A stretch of 64,000 nucleotides of DNA from an archaeon (GTDB lineage: Archaea > Undinarchaeota > Undinarchaeia > Undinarchaeales > JBDRKL01): NCBI GenBank assembly GCA_043814055.1, contig JBDRKL010000006.1, positions 26,550 through 90,549 on the forward strand, read 5' to 3'. Both the position numbers and the translations under genes were made by a program. Every line of letters begins with the position of its first letter. Position 1 is the first letter of the stretch. The notes beneath the pieces are model-generated. The model had not been told where the DNA came from. It searched no databases and was given only the letters and a program-made list of their open reading frames with translations. Below, in pieces: positions 38,233 through 48,563 of this stretch.

Positions 38233-39279
38233 ATGAAAAATAATTCGTTTCTAGTATACGCGACTCTTCTAATGCTTGTTATATTCTCTGCCGGCTGTGT
38301 CCAGGAATCCAGCCAGGCTGATACCGGGATTCAGCCCGAGCCTGAAAGCCAACTCCCTGCAGCTGAGCCCGCACCCAGTGCAGATGCTGAGTCAACTGAA
38401 CTTGAGGACGCTCCAAGCGAGCCTGCACCTCTAGCTGAATCTGGCCCGTGGTGCGAGCAGACTGAATTAACTGTTGGCGGCCCGGTCTCAGTCACATTTT
38501 TTGACATCTCCCAGGTTGATTATGCAATAGACGACACGTTCACGCAGGTCTACACGAAATCCCCATTCACAACCGTGCTCTCTTTTGAAGTCGCGCCTGA
38601 GAAGGAAATAAAAGACCTGAAAATTAACATCAAGCTCACCAAGGATAAAACTGAGCTTTCATCGCTCGGCGAGACCAGTGCAAAGGATTACAAGAGCTGG
38701 CCTGTTGAGCAGCTGGGCTACTCTGAATGGAAAGACCAGTCAGCTACGGATGTCGGAAAGCACCTGCTTGAGGCGAGAATTACATTCACCGAAGGCGGCG
38801 AGCAGCATGTCCTGTGCCCGCGCCGCTCCTTCACTGTGATAAAGCCCGAGGGGCTATCAAGGATTCAGTACGATACATTGCAGATTACCCCGCTCACCTC
38901 TCTTACGACCGAGCCTCCCTTCTCCGGGACATACTCGCATATTTTTACTGAACTCTTACAATTCAAGCGTAATCAAACTCTCCTGCCATTTATGCACGGG
39001 TATTTCTTCTTCAACGAGAACCCTGATGAGCGGTTTTATTTCAAGTATGATGAGTACTGCGACCCGCCCGTATGCTCTCCGGAACTGGATGAATTGGAGC
39101 TTTGCCTTCCGCCCGTATGCTTTATGACCAATTATATTGATATGACATCAGATTTCGAGAGTGTCCTGTGCGGCGGTATGAAAGATTTGTACCTCGCGAA
39201 CATATTGCATGTCGGCGGCAAGGTGCATATGGATTTCACAAGGCTTGACGTCGGCAATTTTGCGCAGGATGTGTGCTGA
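38233..39279 (+). CDS. Putative lipoprotein, hypothetical
   Basis: Lipobox FSAGC, Pro/Glu-rich linker. Confidence 0.6.
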   Translation: MKNNSFLVYATLLMLVIFSAGCVQESSQADTGIQPEPESQLPAAEPAPSADAESTELEDAPSEPAPLAESGPWCEQTELTVGGPVSVTFFDISQVDYAIDDTFTQVYTKSPFTTVLSFEVAPEKEIKDLKINIKLTKDKTELSSLGETSAKDYKSWPVEQLGYSEWKDQSATDVGKHLLEARITFTEGGEQHVLCPRRSFTVIKPEGLSRIQYDTLQITPLTSLTTEPPFSGTYSHIFTELLQFKRNQTLLPFMHGYFFFNENPDERFYFKYDEYCDPPVCSPELDELELCLPPVCFMTNYIDMTSDFESVLCGGMKDLYLANILHVGGKVHMDFTRLDVGNFAQDVC

Positions 39280-39323
39280 GCGGTTAATCTCATTAACTTC
39301 AGCGAGTTTGCAGGTTAATTTTG

Positions 39324-41066
39324 TTACTTCCCCTGCGCATTCAGCGCGTCCGCATTGGTCGTGATTATAGCGTCTTCTTCCTGTGACGCGATGATTTTTA
39401 TCGGGAATCGCTCATTGTCCGCAATCATTATCCCCTCACCAAGCCCAGCTGTGAGGAGCAGATTCTTCTCCTCTGGCGCAAGGTGCAGGGTTTTTATCAG
39501 CTCGTCAATCACGCTGGGGTCCTGCTTCAGCAAATATTTGCACGATGTGTTCGCAAGAACTGCCTGCCCCGCTGGTTGTTTCAGCAAATCGTTGACCTCC
39601 TGGGTTATGAGCATGAACGCGAGGTTGAATTTTCTTGAGGTCTTGACAATTTTAAACAAGTACTCTGCAGAGCTCGCGTGATGCAGGAGCGACCAAGCCT
39701 CATCAATCGCGAGTATCTTTCTCGTGCGGTCCTTCTGCATCTGCGCGTAAATGTACTCTAGAATAAGATACATCATCAGCGGTCTTATCTGCGTTGGCAT
39801 CTTGCCTATGTCAAAGCATATGAAATCATCTTTCAGGTTGAGTTTGGTCTGCTTGTTCACGAACGAGAACACTCCGCTCACGTATCTCTCCATCCTGCTC
39901 GCCAACCCCTTGAGCGTCTCCGCCTCTTTCCCAGTTGCTTCCTCCGCAAGCTCGGTGAGCACATTATGCAAATCCTCCAGGATCGGTGGTTCCTTCTTCC
40001 AGCTCTCTGGCTCGTCTTTTGTAATGCATTTTCTCTTGTAGGTCTCGGTAACTGCCTTGTCCAGCAGAGACATTTGGATGTCGTCCAGCCCTTCAAACAT
40101 TATGGCAAAAGCGGAGAGCAGTGAGAGCCGCTTCTCAGTGAAGTCCTGCCCCATCAGGTCAAGAGGGTTTATTATGCTCTTTGAGTCCTTTGAAATCTCA
40201 ATAACCTGCCCGCCAACAGCGTTTGAAAGCTCAATGTACTCCGCCTGCGGGTCTATCACGAAAACTCGCGTTCCAGCCATCAGCGATCGTATCAAATTCA
40301 ATTTCACTAGATATGATTTTCCAGCGCCCGAGGTTGCTAAGATAAGCGAATTTGGATTAGTAAATTTGAAAAAGTCTTTTATTATCGGAACTCCGTTCTG
40401 CTTGTTCGTGGCGAGCATTATCCCTGCGCCGTCAGATGCGAGGAAAGACGAGGTGAAAGGGAAACAAGCGCTAAGCGCGGAAGTCGTGAGTGGCCTTGTA
40501 AACCCAAGCTTGTCTCGGCCAAGGGGCATGACGCTCTGCAGCGCCTCGCGCATCTTGAACACTGGCTTTTTAGTGACTATCATCAGCGAGTTCAGCTCTG
40601 CCTCTACTCTCTTGCTCAGAAGCTCCAGCTCTTCCTTGTCTTTCCCTTTCACGTTTATGTAAAGCCCGGTGTTGAACAGCTTTTCCTCTCCGGATTGCAA
40701 CTGGTCAAGCACTTTCCGCGTGTCCTTTATGAGCAGGTCAATGCTCGGCGTGAATGTTCCTCTCTTCTCTGCTGCGTACTTGTCCGCGTTGAGTTTCTTG
40801 AGCAGGTTGTTCAGGTTTGTAATCATCTGGTCTATGGAGTAAGGTTGAATATGTATTGAAATGTCAAAATTGCCCCTTGAGCGGATTATCTTGTCAAGGA
40901 AACCCTCTGTGACTTTTCTCGGATACCCGGCTGCCATCAGCACCCGATTCATTGTGTCGTGCACTATCGCGTGGTCTGAGTTGATTTTTATCTGGTCCGG
41001 CATTATCAAATAGGGGCGAAGCTCGTCATCGCCCTTAATTTCCTTCTTTTTCTTTTTACCCAGCAT
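39324..41066 (-). CDS. VirB4/TraC-like secretion ATPase
   Basis: NPNSLILATSGAGKS (Walker A), VIDPQAEY, INPLD, LAIDEAW (Walker B), RKFNLAFMLITQ. Confidence 0.88.
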   Translation of the reverse strand: MLGKKKKKEIKGDDELRPYLIMPDQIKINSDHAIVHDTMNRVLMAAGYPRKVTEGFLDKIIRSRGNFDISIHIQPYSIDQMITNLNNLLKKLNADKYAAEKRGTFTPSIDLLIKDTRKVLDQLQSGEEKLFNTGLYINVKGKDKEELELLSKRVEAELNSLMIVTKKPVFKMREALQSVMPLGRDKLGFTRPLTTSALSACFPFTSSFLASDGAGIMLATNKQNGVPIIKDFFKFTNPNSLILATSGAGKSYLVKLNLIRSLMAGTRVFVIDPQAEYIELSNAVGGQVIEISKDSKSIINPLDLMGQDFTEKRLSLLSAFAIMFEGLDDIQMSLLDKAVTETYKRKCITKDEPESWKKEPPILEDLHNVLTELAEEATGKEAETLKGLASRMERYVSGVFSFVNKQTKLNLKDDFICFDIGKMPTQIRPLMMYLILEYIYAQMQKDRTRKILAIDEAWSLLHHASSAEYLFKIVKTSRKFNLAFMLITQEVNDLLKQPAGQAVLANTSCKYLLKQDPSVIDELIKTLHLAPEEKNLLLTAGLGEGIMIADNERFPIKIIASQEEDAIITTNADALNAQGK

Positions 41067-41925
41067 TTTTCCCCTCCTCATATTTCTCAAAAAGTGTTAT
41101 GGGGAAAAGATACTCGTTCCCGACCTCCACGTGCCCCCCAAAGAAGCTGGCAAGCATTGGCACGACTTGTTCTGTCCTTAACCTGTTTGACCTCAGGCCT
41201 GCGGTTGCGAGCCCTTCCCTGCAGACCTGCGCCCGTATGCCAAGCTCATCAAGCTTAGCCTTCCTGTCCTTTTCGTCCTTAAATCTCCTTCCTGGTATTA
41301 TCAGGTAAAAAAGCCTGTCCTGCACAGCGTTTTCATTCACATATTTCTCCAAAAAATCGCAGTAGTCGTCCAGCATTACCTTAAGCCGCTGGTTCTTTTT
41401 TGAAACTTTTTTCCCAACTGTTGACCTCAAATACTCAACATAAGAATCCAGGTTCAAATTGACTGTCCTTACAAGTATCTGCACAGGAAAGTCCAGCGAG
41501 TTCAGGAACTTTTGAAAGCTCCTTATTATCGCGTTCCTGTCATCCTCTGCCCGTATCGCGAAGTTTATCGGCATTACCTGAATCACTGCCCGAATCGTGT
41601 TGTCGTCAAGCTCTATCGCATCATCTCGGACTCTCTTTACGCCGACAAATGAGCTCATGTTCGTGTCCATATAGCCCATCTTTCTCGGGCTCTTGAAGTG
41701 GTTGAACGCGTTCAGGGCTTTCTCATCCAGCTTGAGGAACGCGAGGGCGCCCCCGGCTGTCATTAAAAGTGCTATGATGGGCACTTTTGCAAACAGGGGG
41801 ATCGGCGTCTTGAACACAATCACGGAAACAAGCCCGGCGACGCCGACGTAGGCGAGCTGCTTGAACGTCATCCCGAGTATTATCTTCTCCTCATACTTCA
41901 GCGCCTGGGGTATTTCATAGGCCAT
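41056..41925 (-). CDS. PrgI (VirB3-like) membrane protein fused to a VirB4 N-terminal-like domain
   Basis: MAYEIPQALKYEEKIILGMTFKQL, 2 TM, then PINF..FLNSLDFPVQILV. Confidence 0.75.
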   Translation of the reverse strand: MAYEIPQALKYEEKIILGMTFKQLAYVGVAGLVSVIVFKTPIPLFAKVPIIALLMTAGGALAFLKLDEKALNAFNHFKSPRKMGYMDTNMSSFVGVKRVRDDAIELDDNTIRAVIQVMPINFAIRAEDDRNAIIRSFQKFLNSLDFPVQILVRTVNLNLDSYVEYLRSTVGKKVSKKNQRLKVMLDDYCDFLEKYVNENAVQDRLFYLIIPGRRFKDEKDRKAKLDELGIRAQVCREGLATAGLRSNRLRTEQVVPMLASFFGGHVEVGNEYLFPITLFEKYEEGKNAG

Positions 41926-42631
41926 AGGAGTCGCCTCTAACGCGGTCCGCTACAGTGTTAACTTTTTCAACTATAGTGTGCACGACTCTATCCGACTTAG
42001 CGACCTCAAGCGCCGCTTTGAACGCCAGCAGATTCACTATTCCAACGAGCCAGAAAGCCGCGATTGCGATATATCCCGGCGCTGCGGTGCTTTCAACCGC
42101 ATAATCCGCAGCCACGAATATTAGCGAGTCAGCGAGCGGGAGGAACGCTATTATGAAAAAGAATGTCACTACTGAATAGCCCAGTGTCTTCAGGCTGTTT
42201 GAGAAGCTCATGAACATCAGTCCTATTCCAAGCGGCAGGACAATGAACCCAAGCACGAGAAGTATCTCCTGCATTGAAATCGTCATGTGCGCGAACACGC
42301 TCGCCATTGTGAAATAGCTCACAAGCTCTTCGCTCATCAATGCAGTGGCACGGGCTCCTGCTAATTCTGTCAATCCGCCTAAACTTGTCCCTCCTATGAG
42401 ATATCTCGCTACTGCGCCTGAAAGCTCTATAGCCATTCCATACAAAACTGCGGACAAGAATCCAAACACTATGAAGTATATGAAATTCTTGAAGTAGTCC
42501 TTTATTTCAGTCCGCTTCTCCGGCGAGTCAAAACCGGACATCATAAGCTTCAGGCCAAAGAAGCTTATCATTCCTGTGCCGAAAATGAGCATTACTTGGA
42601 GCGACCGCCACCACATTACTTCAACGCTCAT
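41915..42631 (-). CDS. Polytopic membrane protein, VirB6/TrbL-like
   Basis: About 6 TM segments; located between the pilin and prgI/virB4. Confidence 0.5.
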   Translation of the reverse strand: MSVEVMWWRSLQVMLIFGTGMISFFGLKLMMSGFDSPEKRTEIKDYFKNFIYFIVFGFLSAVLYGMAIELSGAVARYLIGGTSLGGLTELAGARATALMSEELVSYFTMASVFAHMTISMQEILLVLGFIVLPLGIGLMFMSFSNSLKTLGYSVVTFFFIIAFLPLADSLIFVAADYAVESTAAPGYIAIAAFWLVGIVNLLAFKAALEVAKSDRVVHTIVEKVNTVADRVRGDSYGL

Positions 42632-43368
42632 TCTTCCTCGCCTCCCATTATGTTAAAGTTCCCTGCATTGCTCCGCGTGAGCTCGTTGAACAATGACTCG
42701 CTCGCGTCGCACCCAATTTGCGCCTGGTGCTCCCACTCTTTCAGCTCCCCATATTCCTCAACCCGCCTCGGCTGGTCTTCTGCTAGCCGTTTTATAGTCA
42801 CGTCATGCAGACAGCCATACAAACTGTGTGGATATTCCCATAAAGTTGTAAGAGAAGCGACACTGCAGTACAAAATCTTTGGCGAATCCCTGACTGGGAT
42901 AACTTTTGGATCTATTCCCACAAGATTAAGGAGTCCGCGTATTAGTCCGCCAGCTGGTATCTTTTCTATCCCTTTTTCCAACGGCGTATCAAGACCGGTT
43001 CTCTTTGCCATATTTTTGTCCTCCTTTACTTCCTCCAGATCCTCAAACGTAACGCCGCACCCTATCTCGTGTTCGGGCGCTACAATGTCCATGAACTGGT
43101 CAAGATAGCTGTCATTCTTTGCAGCGCTTTCTGCTGCATCAAAATCTATCGCATACTTGCTCCCCAGATCATCTTTCTTTGTCTTCTGCTTATCCTCCAG
43201 CAGGTCCACGACTGCATTCGCTATTGTTTTTGCATCTGGGCAGTTGCAGCTGCTGCTCCCACTGTCATCCGGGTCTGGGTCTGCGCCTTCTGTGCTCCCG
43301 CTCTCCTCAGCGAAAGCCCCTTGTCCAAGCAGGAGCAGGATGATTGCTGCAGCAAGCCATATTCTCAT
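42628..43368 (-). CDS. Secreted Cys-containing hypothetical protein of the T4SS-like operon
   Basis: Signal peptide MRIWLAAAIILLLLGQGAFA; the ORF-track extension overlapping the pilin gene is rejected. Confidence 0.6.
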   Translation of the reverse strand: MRIWLAAAIILLLLGQGAFAEESGSTEGADPDPDDSGSSSCNCPDAKTIANAVVDLLEDKQKTKKDDLGSKYAIDFDAAESAAKNDSYLDQFMDIVAPEHEIGCGVTFEDLEEVKEDKNMAKRTGLDTPLEKGIEKIPAGGLIRGLLNLVGIDPKVIPVRDSPKILYCSVASLTTLWEYPHSLYGCLHDVTIKRLAEDQPRRVEEYGELKEWEHQAQIGCDASESLFNELTRSNAGNFNIMGGEEE

Positions 43369-43379
43369 TCTTCTTTGCC

Positions 43380-43715
43380 TCATCCAAGCAAAAATGTCAT
43401 CAGTGTCGGCGCAAGGAATATTATCATTGCCCCGCCGATGCCCATCTTCAGCACATTCTTCGCTTGGTCGCGCTTTGCAGGGTCCTCGCTGGACACCATA
43501 AACAAGATGCCGCCAGCCATTAATGCTACAACTCCTATCACGAGCCCAACACCCTGTATTAGTGAGGCTATGTTCCACATGTAGCTCTCTACATCTTCCT
43601 TGGCTTCCTTCTGCTCGTCGGTCAAGTTCGCCTTGTCCTCAATATCCACTGCGCTCACCGCTATAGGCAGCACCATCGCCACGATCAGAGCCAGTGCCAA
43701 AATTTTTCTGTTCAT
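43380..43715 (-). CDS. VirB2/TrbC-like pilin
   Basis: Signal peptide, two hydrophobic helices separated by SSEDPAKRDQAKNVL. Confidence 0.75.
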   Translation of the reverse strand: MNRKILALALIVAMVLPIAVSAVDIEDKANLTDEQKEAKEDVESYMWNIASLIQGVGLVIGVVALMAGGILFMVSSEDPAKRDQAKNVLKMGIGGAMIIFLAPTLMTFLLG

Positions 43716-43718
43716 TTT

Positions 43719-44027
43719 TTATACCTCCTTTATTCTGTAAGTTCCGACGTCGCCCTCGTCTCCGAGGTATTCAACGTCACCATCATTCGAGAGCCAGTCA
43801 TCCAGCTCCTGAACGAGCATTATTTCGTTCTTCACAATCTCGCCGTTGTAGGCCTGCTCCATTATGTCGTATATCTGGTCATACATGAAGTGGCCATGCT
43901 TCTCCTGAAGCCTTCTCGCAATTTCGCGCATAAGCTGCATCCTGTGCGGTCTGCCCTGGGGCATTTTCATTGAAATGCTTCTTGCTGAAGCCACCGCGCT
44001 TGTTGTGTCTATTTTGTCTTTGGTCAT
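43719..44027 (-). CDS. Small hypothetical protein (possible winged helix), first gene of the operon
   Basis: LDDWLSNDGDVEY...GTYRI ending resembles a wHTH wing; TATA at 44053-44058. Confidence 0.45.
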   Translation of the reverse strand: MTKDKIDTTSAVASARSISMKMPQGRPHRMQLMREIARRLQEKHGHFMYDQIYDIMEQAYNGEIVKNEIMLVQELDDWLSNDGDVEYLGDEGDVGTYRIKEV

Positions 44028-44234
44028 CAAGAACTCGGGAGTTGTTTGGGGTTTATAAGTTTAATTTAACTGGAGTGGGTTTGTTTAGGGTGCTCCTGCC
44101 TTGGAAACTTTTATATACCATTGTATACTTTTGTATACACTATAACACCCAGACCTTAAAGTTTGAAACTGGGTGTATTTCTAAGCGGCAATCGCTTTGA
44201 AAAAGGAGAGTGCGGCATTTACTGCCGCTTTGAA

Positions 44235-44468
44235 ATGACACAAGTTGTTCACACCCGCCTTCCAGAAAAAGACATTGAGGCAATCCAAGTCCTGATAGAC
44301 GAGGGTTATTACTCAAGCACCAGTGACTTGCTAAGGGCTGCGGCGCGTGATTTTATCCGAACGCAAAGAGGCTCGCTCAAAGGCAAGCTGAAGAAAGAGC
44401 AGCTTACCGAAGAGGACAAAGCGGAGGCCCTTGTGGCTTTTGCAAAAGAGCGCGGCTGGGAATTATAG
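44235..44468 (+). CDS. Ribbon-helix-helix (CopG/antitoxin-like) protein
   Basis: MTQVVHTRLP..IQVLIDEGYYSSTSDLLRAAAR. Confidence 0.75.
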   Translation: MTQVVHTRLPEKDIEAIQVLIDEGYYSSTSDLLRAAARDFIRTQRGSLKGKLKKEQLTEEDKAEALVAFAKERGWEL

Positions 44469-44873
44469 CTCACTGGGCTCTAATGTTTTAACAATATCCG
44501 TAAGCTCTTGAAAGTGTTTGTCTCTGGTAATGAGCAATGCTCCTACTTTCCTTGCCATAAGAGCGTGCATTGCATCGTGTATCGGAATATTTCTCTCAAA
44601 TGACATTGTTTTTGCCTCTGCAAATGTTCTGCTGTCAACTTTTTCCACTTGGAGCTTTCCTGCCTGTTTCAGAGGTATCAGCCTTTCCTCTGCGTTTATG
44701 TTGAGGTTGTGCTCTACTTCTTTTAAAATGAAATCTGAAACCACTAGGTTAAATTCGCATGCAAGCGCCCGCTCAACCATATTCTCAGCATAGTGCCCGA
44801 CTGGAATCAGTCCAATCATCCTGTCCGCCCAAAGGTCAATCCAAACATTGGAGTCAACATAAAGTTTTGTCAT
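44463..44873 (-). CDS. PIN-domain (VapC-like) protein
   Basis: LYVDSNVWI, ILKEV, HDAMH, LITRDKHF. Confidence 0.85.
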   Translation of the reverse strand: MTKLYVDSNVWIDLWADRMIGLIPVGHYAENMVERALACEFNLVVSDFILKEVEHNLNINAEERLIPLKQAGKLQVEKVDSRTFAEAKTMSFERNIPIHDAMHALMARKVGALLITRDKHFQELTDIVKTLEPSEL

Positions 44874-45005
44874 AGTGCAGACTGGAAACATATCTTTTAT
44901 AAGTTTGATTTAACCAGCGCGGGTTTATGCTCTATATTCAATTTTTGCACAACGCATAGAAAACTATTTAATAAAAGCCCTGAATAGGGTATAAGTGGTG
45001 GAAAA

Positions 45006-45953
45006 ATGGACTCAGGCTTGAAAGAATACCTAATGAGGCTCGGGCTTACCGAGTATCAGGCCAAGGCTATGCTGGCTCTGTACTCAAGGAATGACTCCAC
45101 GGCCAAGGATATCAGCGACCTGGCTGAGATTCCTTACACCAAGATTTACGAGATTCTTGACGCGCTTGAGCTCAAGGGCATGGTCACTTTTACCCCTGGC
45201 AAGCCCAAGGTCTACCGGCCGCTCAAGCCGAATGCTTTTATTGATAGTTTAATCAGCAAGCAGGAAGGTCTTGTCAAAACTCTTAAAGACATCAAGAAAG
45301 ACAATCTCTCAGCACTCAACGAGCTCCAAAGTGATGGCGAGAGCTACCAGAAGGACAGGCAAAAAGTGCGCATGGTTAATTCCAAGGAGGGTGTTTGGAA
45401 TCTGATCCGGGATATTGCGCTGAACGTGAAAGAGGAGTTCCTGATAGCCGCAAACGAAGATGTCTGGTACGAGTCCTACATGGACTCGGAGGCAATGCTG
45501 GCGTGGTACGACGCGGTTATTGAGCGAAAAGTTATAATCAAGGAAATTATGCCCACTTCAATTAACTTCAACCGCCTACTAGAAACCGGAGTGCAGAGCG
45601 GCTGGGCATTGCAGAGGGACTGGGTTTCCTATCTTGGCAGCGAGAATCTCCTGCAGCGCACACTTTCTGCAAGCTTAGTTCCATCATGCACTGCAATCAA
45701 GGATAAAGAAGAGGTCATTATTGGCATGATAGTTCCAGGTGTTTCCTACTCAGGTCTAATCATAAGCGACAAAACGAGTGTTGAGGATACCACAAGGTAC
45801 TTTGACATGCTCTGGCAGAAGTCAGAGCCAATAAAAGATGAGATAGTCGGGACAGCCAAGGAGTTTGTCAAGTCATTGAAGGCTGGGCAGAAGCTGAAAG
45901 CGACGGGCAACGTTGTGAAGCACGGGGTTAAGCGGAGGGTGAAATCCAAATGA
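45006..45953 (+). CDS. TrmB-family regulator, copy 1
   Basis: LGLTEYQAK..IPYTKIYEILDALE.KG..GKPKVY HTH plus effector domain. Confidence 0.88.
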   Translation: MDSGLKEYLMRLGLTEYQAKAMLALYSRNDSTAKDISDLAEIPYTKIYEILDALELKGMVTFTPGKPKVYRPLKPNAFIDSLISKQEGLVKTLKDIKKDNLSALNELQSDGESYQKDRQKVRMVNSKEGVWNLIRDIALNVKEEFLIAANEDVWYESYMDSEAMLAWYDAVIERKVIIKEIMPTSINFNRLLETGVQSGWALQRDWVSYLGSENLLQRTLSASLVPSCTAIKDKEEVIIGMIVPGVSYSGLIISDKTSVEDTTRYFDMLWQKSEPIKDEIVGTAKEFVKSLKAGQKLKATGNVVKHGVKRRVKSK

Positions 45954-46828
45954 CAGATGTAAAAGAATACTTACAACGTTTAGGTTTGAATTCCTACCAA
46001 GCTAGTACTCTCACTGCGCTGTTTGAAAATCCAAATAGTGATGCGAAGCTCTTGAGTGAAGCGTCCAAAGTGCCATACACTAAAATTTATGAAACACTAG
46101 ACTTCTTGGAGTCGCGTGGCTTAGTAAAATACACGCTGGACAAGCCACGAATCTACAAAGCTTTAGAACCCGAAGCCATCTTTGACTCGCTCCTCAAAAA
46201 GCAGACCGAGGAGGCCAAAAAGCTCCAGAACTTGAAGCAGGATGTGCTCGATGAGGTCAAGATAGATTGGAAAGAGGGAGAGGAGAAAGAATTGAGCAAG
46301 ATGTGGGTTTATAATTCTAGTCCTAGTATAGGTGACCTAATCCGTACTCAGTTCCAATCTACAAAGCGCGAATTGCTAGCTATGGGTGTAAAAGCTACTT
46401 GTGTAACTCTTTTGGACCACCCTGGGGTGATAGAAGAGATGTACGGTCTTACTGTAAAAAGAAAGGCTACGGCGTATACGATTTTTCCATCCACTTTCAG
46501 CGCCAAGGACTTCTTAAATCTCAAATGCATAAATCCCATCAAACTACCACAACGCTGGTACAAGCTTCTGCGTGTACTTAGCTCTAAAAATTATCACATT
46601 AGACTATTACCTGAAAAAGAACTTAACCAAGATATTTATGTTCGGGATGGAACCGAGGCTGGAATTGCGTTCAAAATCAAAAACAGCCCAGCAAGGCGTG
46701 TTTTAGGCTTTGAAGACAAATCCGTGTCCAGTTTTATGAAAGAGCATTATATGATGCTATGGGATAAAGCAGAGCCTATCGGCAATAAGTGGCATAATGA
46801 GTTAAAATCCAAGGTGAAATCCAAATGA
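45950..46828 (+). CDS. TrmB-family regulator, copy 2
   Basis: Same HTH; ATGA overlap with copy 1. Confidence 0.88.
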   Translation: MTDVKEYLQRLGLNSYQASTLTALFENPNSDAKLLSEASKVPYTKIYETLDFLESRGLVKYTLDKPRIYKALEPEAIFDSLLKKQTEEAKKLQNLKQDVLDEVKIDWKEGEEKELSKMWVYNSSPSIGDLIRTQFQSTKRELLAMGVKATCVTLLDHPGVIEEMYGLTVKRKATAYTIFPSTFSAKDFLNLKCINPIKLPQRWYKLLRVLSSKNYHIRLLPEKELNQDIYVRDGTEAGIAFKIKNSPARRVLGFEDKSVSSFMKEHYMMLWDKAEPIGNKWHNELKSKVKSK

Positions 46829-46955
46829 CAGATGTAAAAGAATACTTACAACGTTTAGGATTGAATTCCTACCAAGCTAGTACACTCACTGCGCTGTTTG
46901 AAAACCCCGAGAGTGATGCGAAATTGTTGAGCGTGGAGAGCGGAGTTCCATATAC
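46757..46955 (+). repeat. 199-bp direct repeat across the TrmB2/TrmB3 junction
   Basis: 197/199 identical to 48492-48690. Confidence 0.9.
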
Positions 46956-47694
46956 CAAGATTTACGAGACGCTGGACGCATTGGAGCATAATAATCTTGT
47001 TAACCATACGCTTGGGAAGCCTAAAATTTATAGTTCTAAGGGGCCAAAAGCGGTTGTGGATATTTTGTTGAAGGAAGAGGTTGAAAAGATTGAGAGTCTA
47101 AAGATGTGCCAGCAAAATATTCTGGATTCTTTAAGCCCAACCCTCAAAGAAAACAAGGCGCATGAACTTAAGTCTACTATCCAGTTGCTTCGCGGGGAAA
47201 AGGCTTGCTGGGGGGCGTTTTTGGAAAATATGAAGTCAGTAAAAAAGTCGCTTGTGGGAATATCCACAAGCAAATTGCTCCAGAGCATGCTGATGTACCC
47301 CGGCAATATAGAAGCATTTTATGATGCCACTAAGCGCGGGATTGTTGTCAAGCGGATTTACCCCTCTGACTTCGGGTTCAAAAAAGTTTGGGAAGCGGTT
47401 TCACAGGCGGGTTTCACAAAAATTCCCCAGAAGCTCTACAAAGTGCAAAAAGCATTCGGCTCTTCCAATGTTGTGGTGAAGAAGCTCCCTGCCGGCGAGC
47501 TGTACAATGACTTTGTCATTTTTGACAACAAAGTGCTTGCGCTGCCCTTTAAAGATGAAAATGGTTTAATGCAAAATGGTTTGATAATAGAAGATAAGGT
47601 GATGATAAAAGCATACTTGGAGTGTTTCGACCTCTTTTGGAAAAAGACAGAATTTATGGAAGAAGGGTGGTGCAGGGGGTTGAAGCCAAAATGA
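46825..47694 (+). CDS. TrmB-family regulator, copy 3
   Basis: Same HTH; ATGA overlap. Confidence 0.88.
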   Translation: MTDVKEYLQRLGLNSYQASTLTALFENPESDAKLLSVESGVPYTKIYETLDALEHNNLVNHTLGKPKIYSSKGPKAVVDILLKEEVEKIESLKMCQQNILDSLSPTLKENKAHELKSTIQLLRGEKACWGAFLENMKSVKKSLVGISTSKLLQSMLMYPGNIEAFYDATKRGIVVKRIYPSDFGFKKVWEAVSQAGFTKIPQKLYKVQKAFGSSNVVVKKLPAGELYNDFVIFDNKVLALPFKDENGLMQNGLIIEDKVMIKAYLECFDLFWKKTEFMEEGWCRGLKPK

Positions 47695-48563
47695 CCGACG
47701 TTAAAGAATACCTCCAGCGTTTAGGTTTGAATTCCTACCAAGCTAGTACTCTTGTTGCTCTTTTTGAAAATCCTGAAAGTGATGCGAAATTGTTGAGTGA
47801 GGAGAGTGGTGTGCCTTACACTAAAATCTATGAGACTCTGGATTTCCTTGAGCGTCGTGGTTTGGTGAAGTACACGCTGGGCAAGCCAAGGGTTTATCAG
47901 TCCCTTGAACCGAAAACTGTTTTTGATACATTACTTGAAAACCAGAAGGAGCAAACAAATGAGCTCGAGAAGCTGGAGCAAAATATACTAGACAAGGTTT
48001 CTGTAGACTGGAAAGAAGGTGGGGAGAAGGAATTTGACTCAAAGATGTGGATGTACCACAACACAAAGGCCATATGGGATGAAACTGTTGATGGTTTCGA
48101 CATTGCAAAATCTGAAGTGAGAACTACTGCCACAAAAGCAGCGTGTATGTACGCTTGGAGTCATCCTGAGATGCTAGAATCTATATATGATGCGTGTTTG
48201 AAGCGTGGCGTGATTTTGCGCACAGTTTATCCTTCCAATGTAACTGTGGGTGACTTTCTAAACCTAAAATCGATGTTTTCTCTCAAAAAGATGTATATGC
48301 TCCTTAAGCTACTAGGTTCTAAGAACTATCTCATACGGCTACTCCCTGAACGAGAGATTCAGAACGATTTTATTATTGTGGATCAAAAAATGGTTGGCAT
48401 AGCATTCCGTGATAAGGACAATATAGTTCGTGAGGGAATAAAATTTCATAACGCTCCTATTGCGAATTTTATGATAAATTACTACGACACTCTATGGGAT
48501 AAAGCAGAGCCTATCGGCAATAAGTGGCATAATGAGTTAAAATCCAAGGTGAAATCCAAATGA
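47691..48563 (+). CDS. TrmB-family regulator, copy 4
   Basis: MTDVKEYLQ start at 47691 (ATGA overlap). Confidence 0.88.
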   Translation: MTDVKEYLQRLGLNSYQASTLVALFENPESDAKLLSEESGVPYTKIYETLDFLERRGLVKYTLGKPRVYQSLEPKTVFDTLLENQKEQTNELEKLEQNILDKVSVDWKEGGEKEFDSKMWMYHNTKAIWDETVDGFDIAKSEVRTTATKAACMYAWSHPEMLESIYDACLKRGVILRTVYPSNVTVGDFLNLKSMFSLKKMYMLLKLLGSKNYLIRLLPEREIQNDFIIVDQKMVGIAFRDKDNIVREGIKFHNAPIANFMINYYDTLWDKAEPIGNKWHNELKSKVKSK

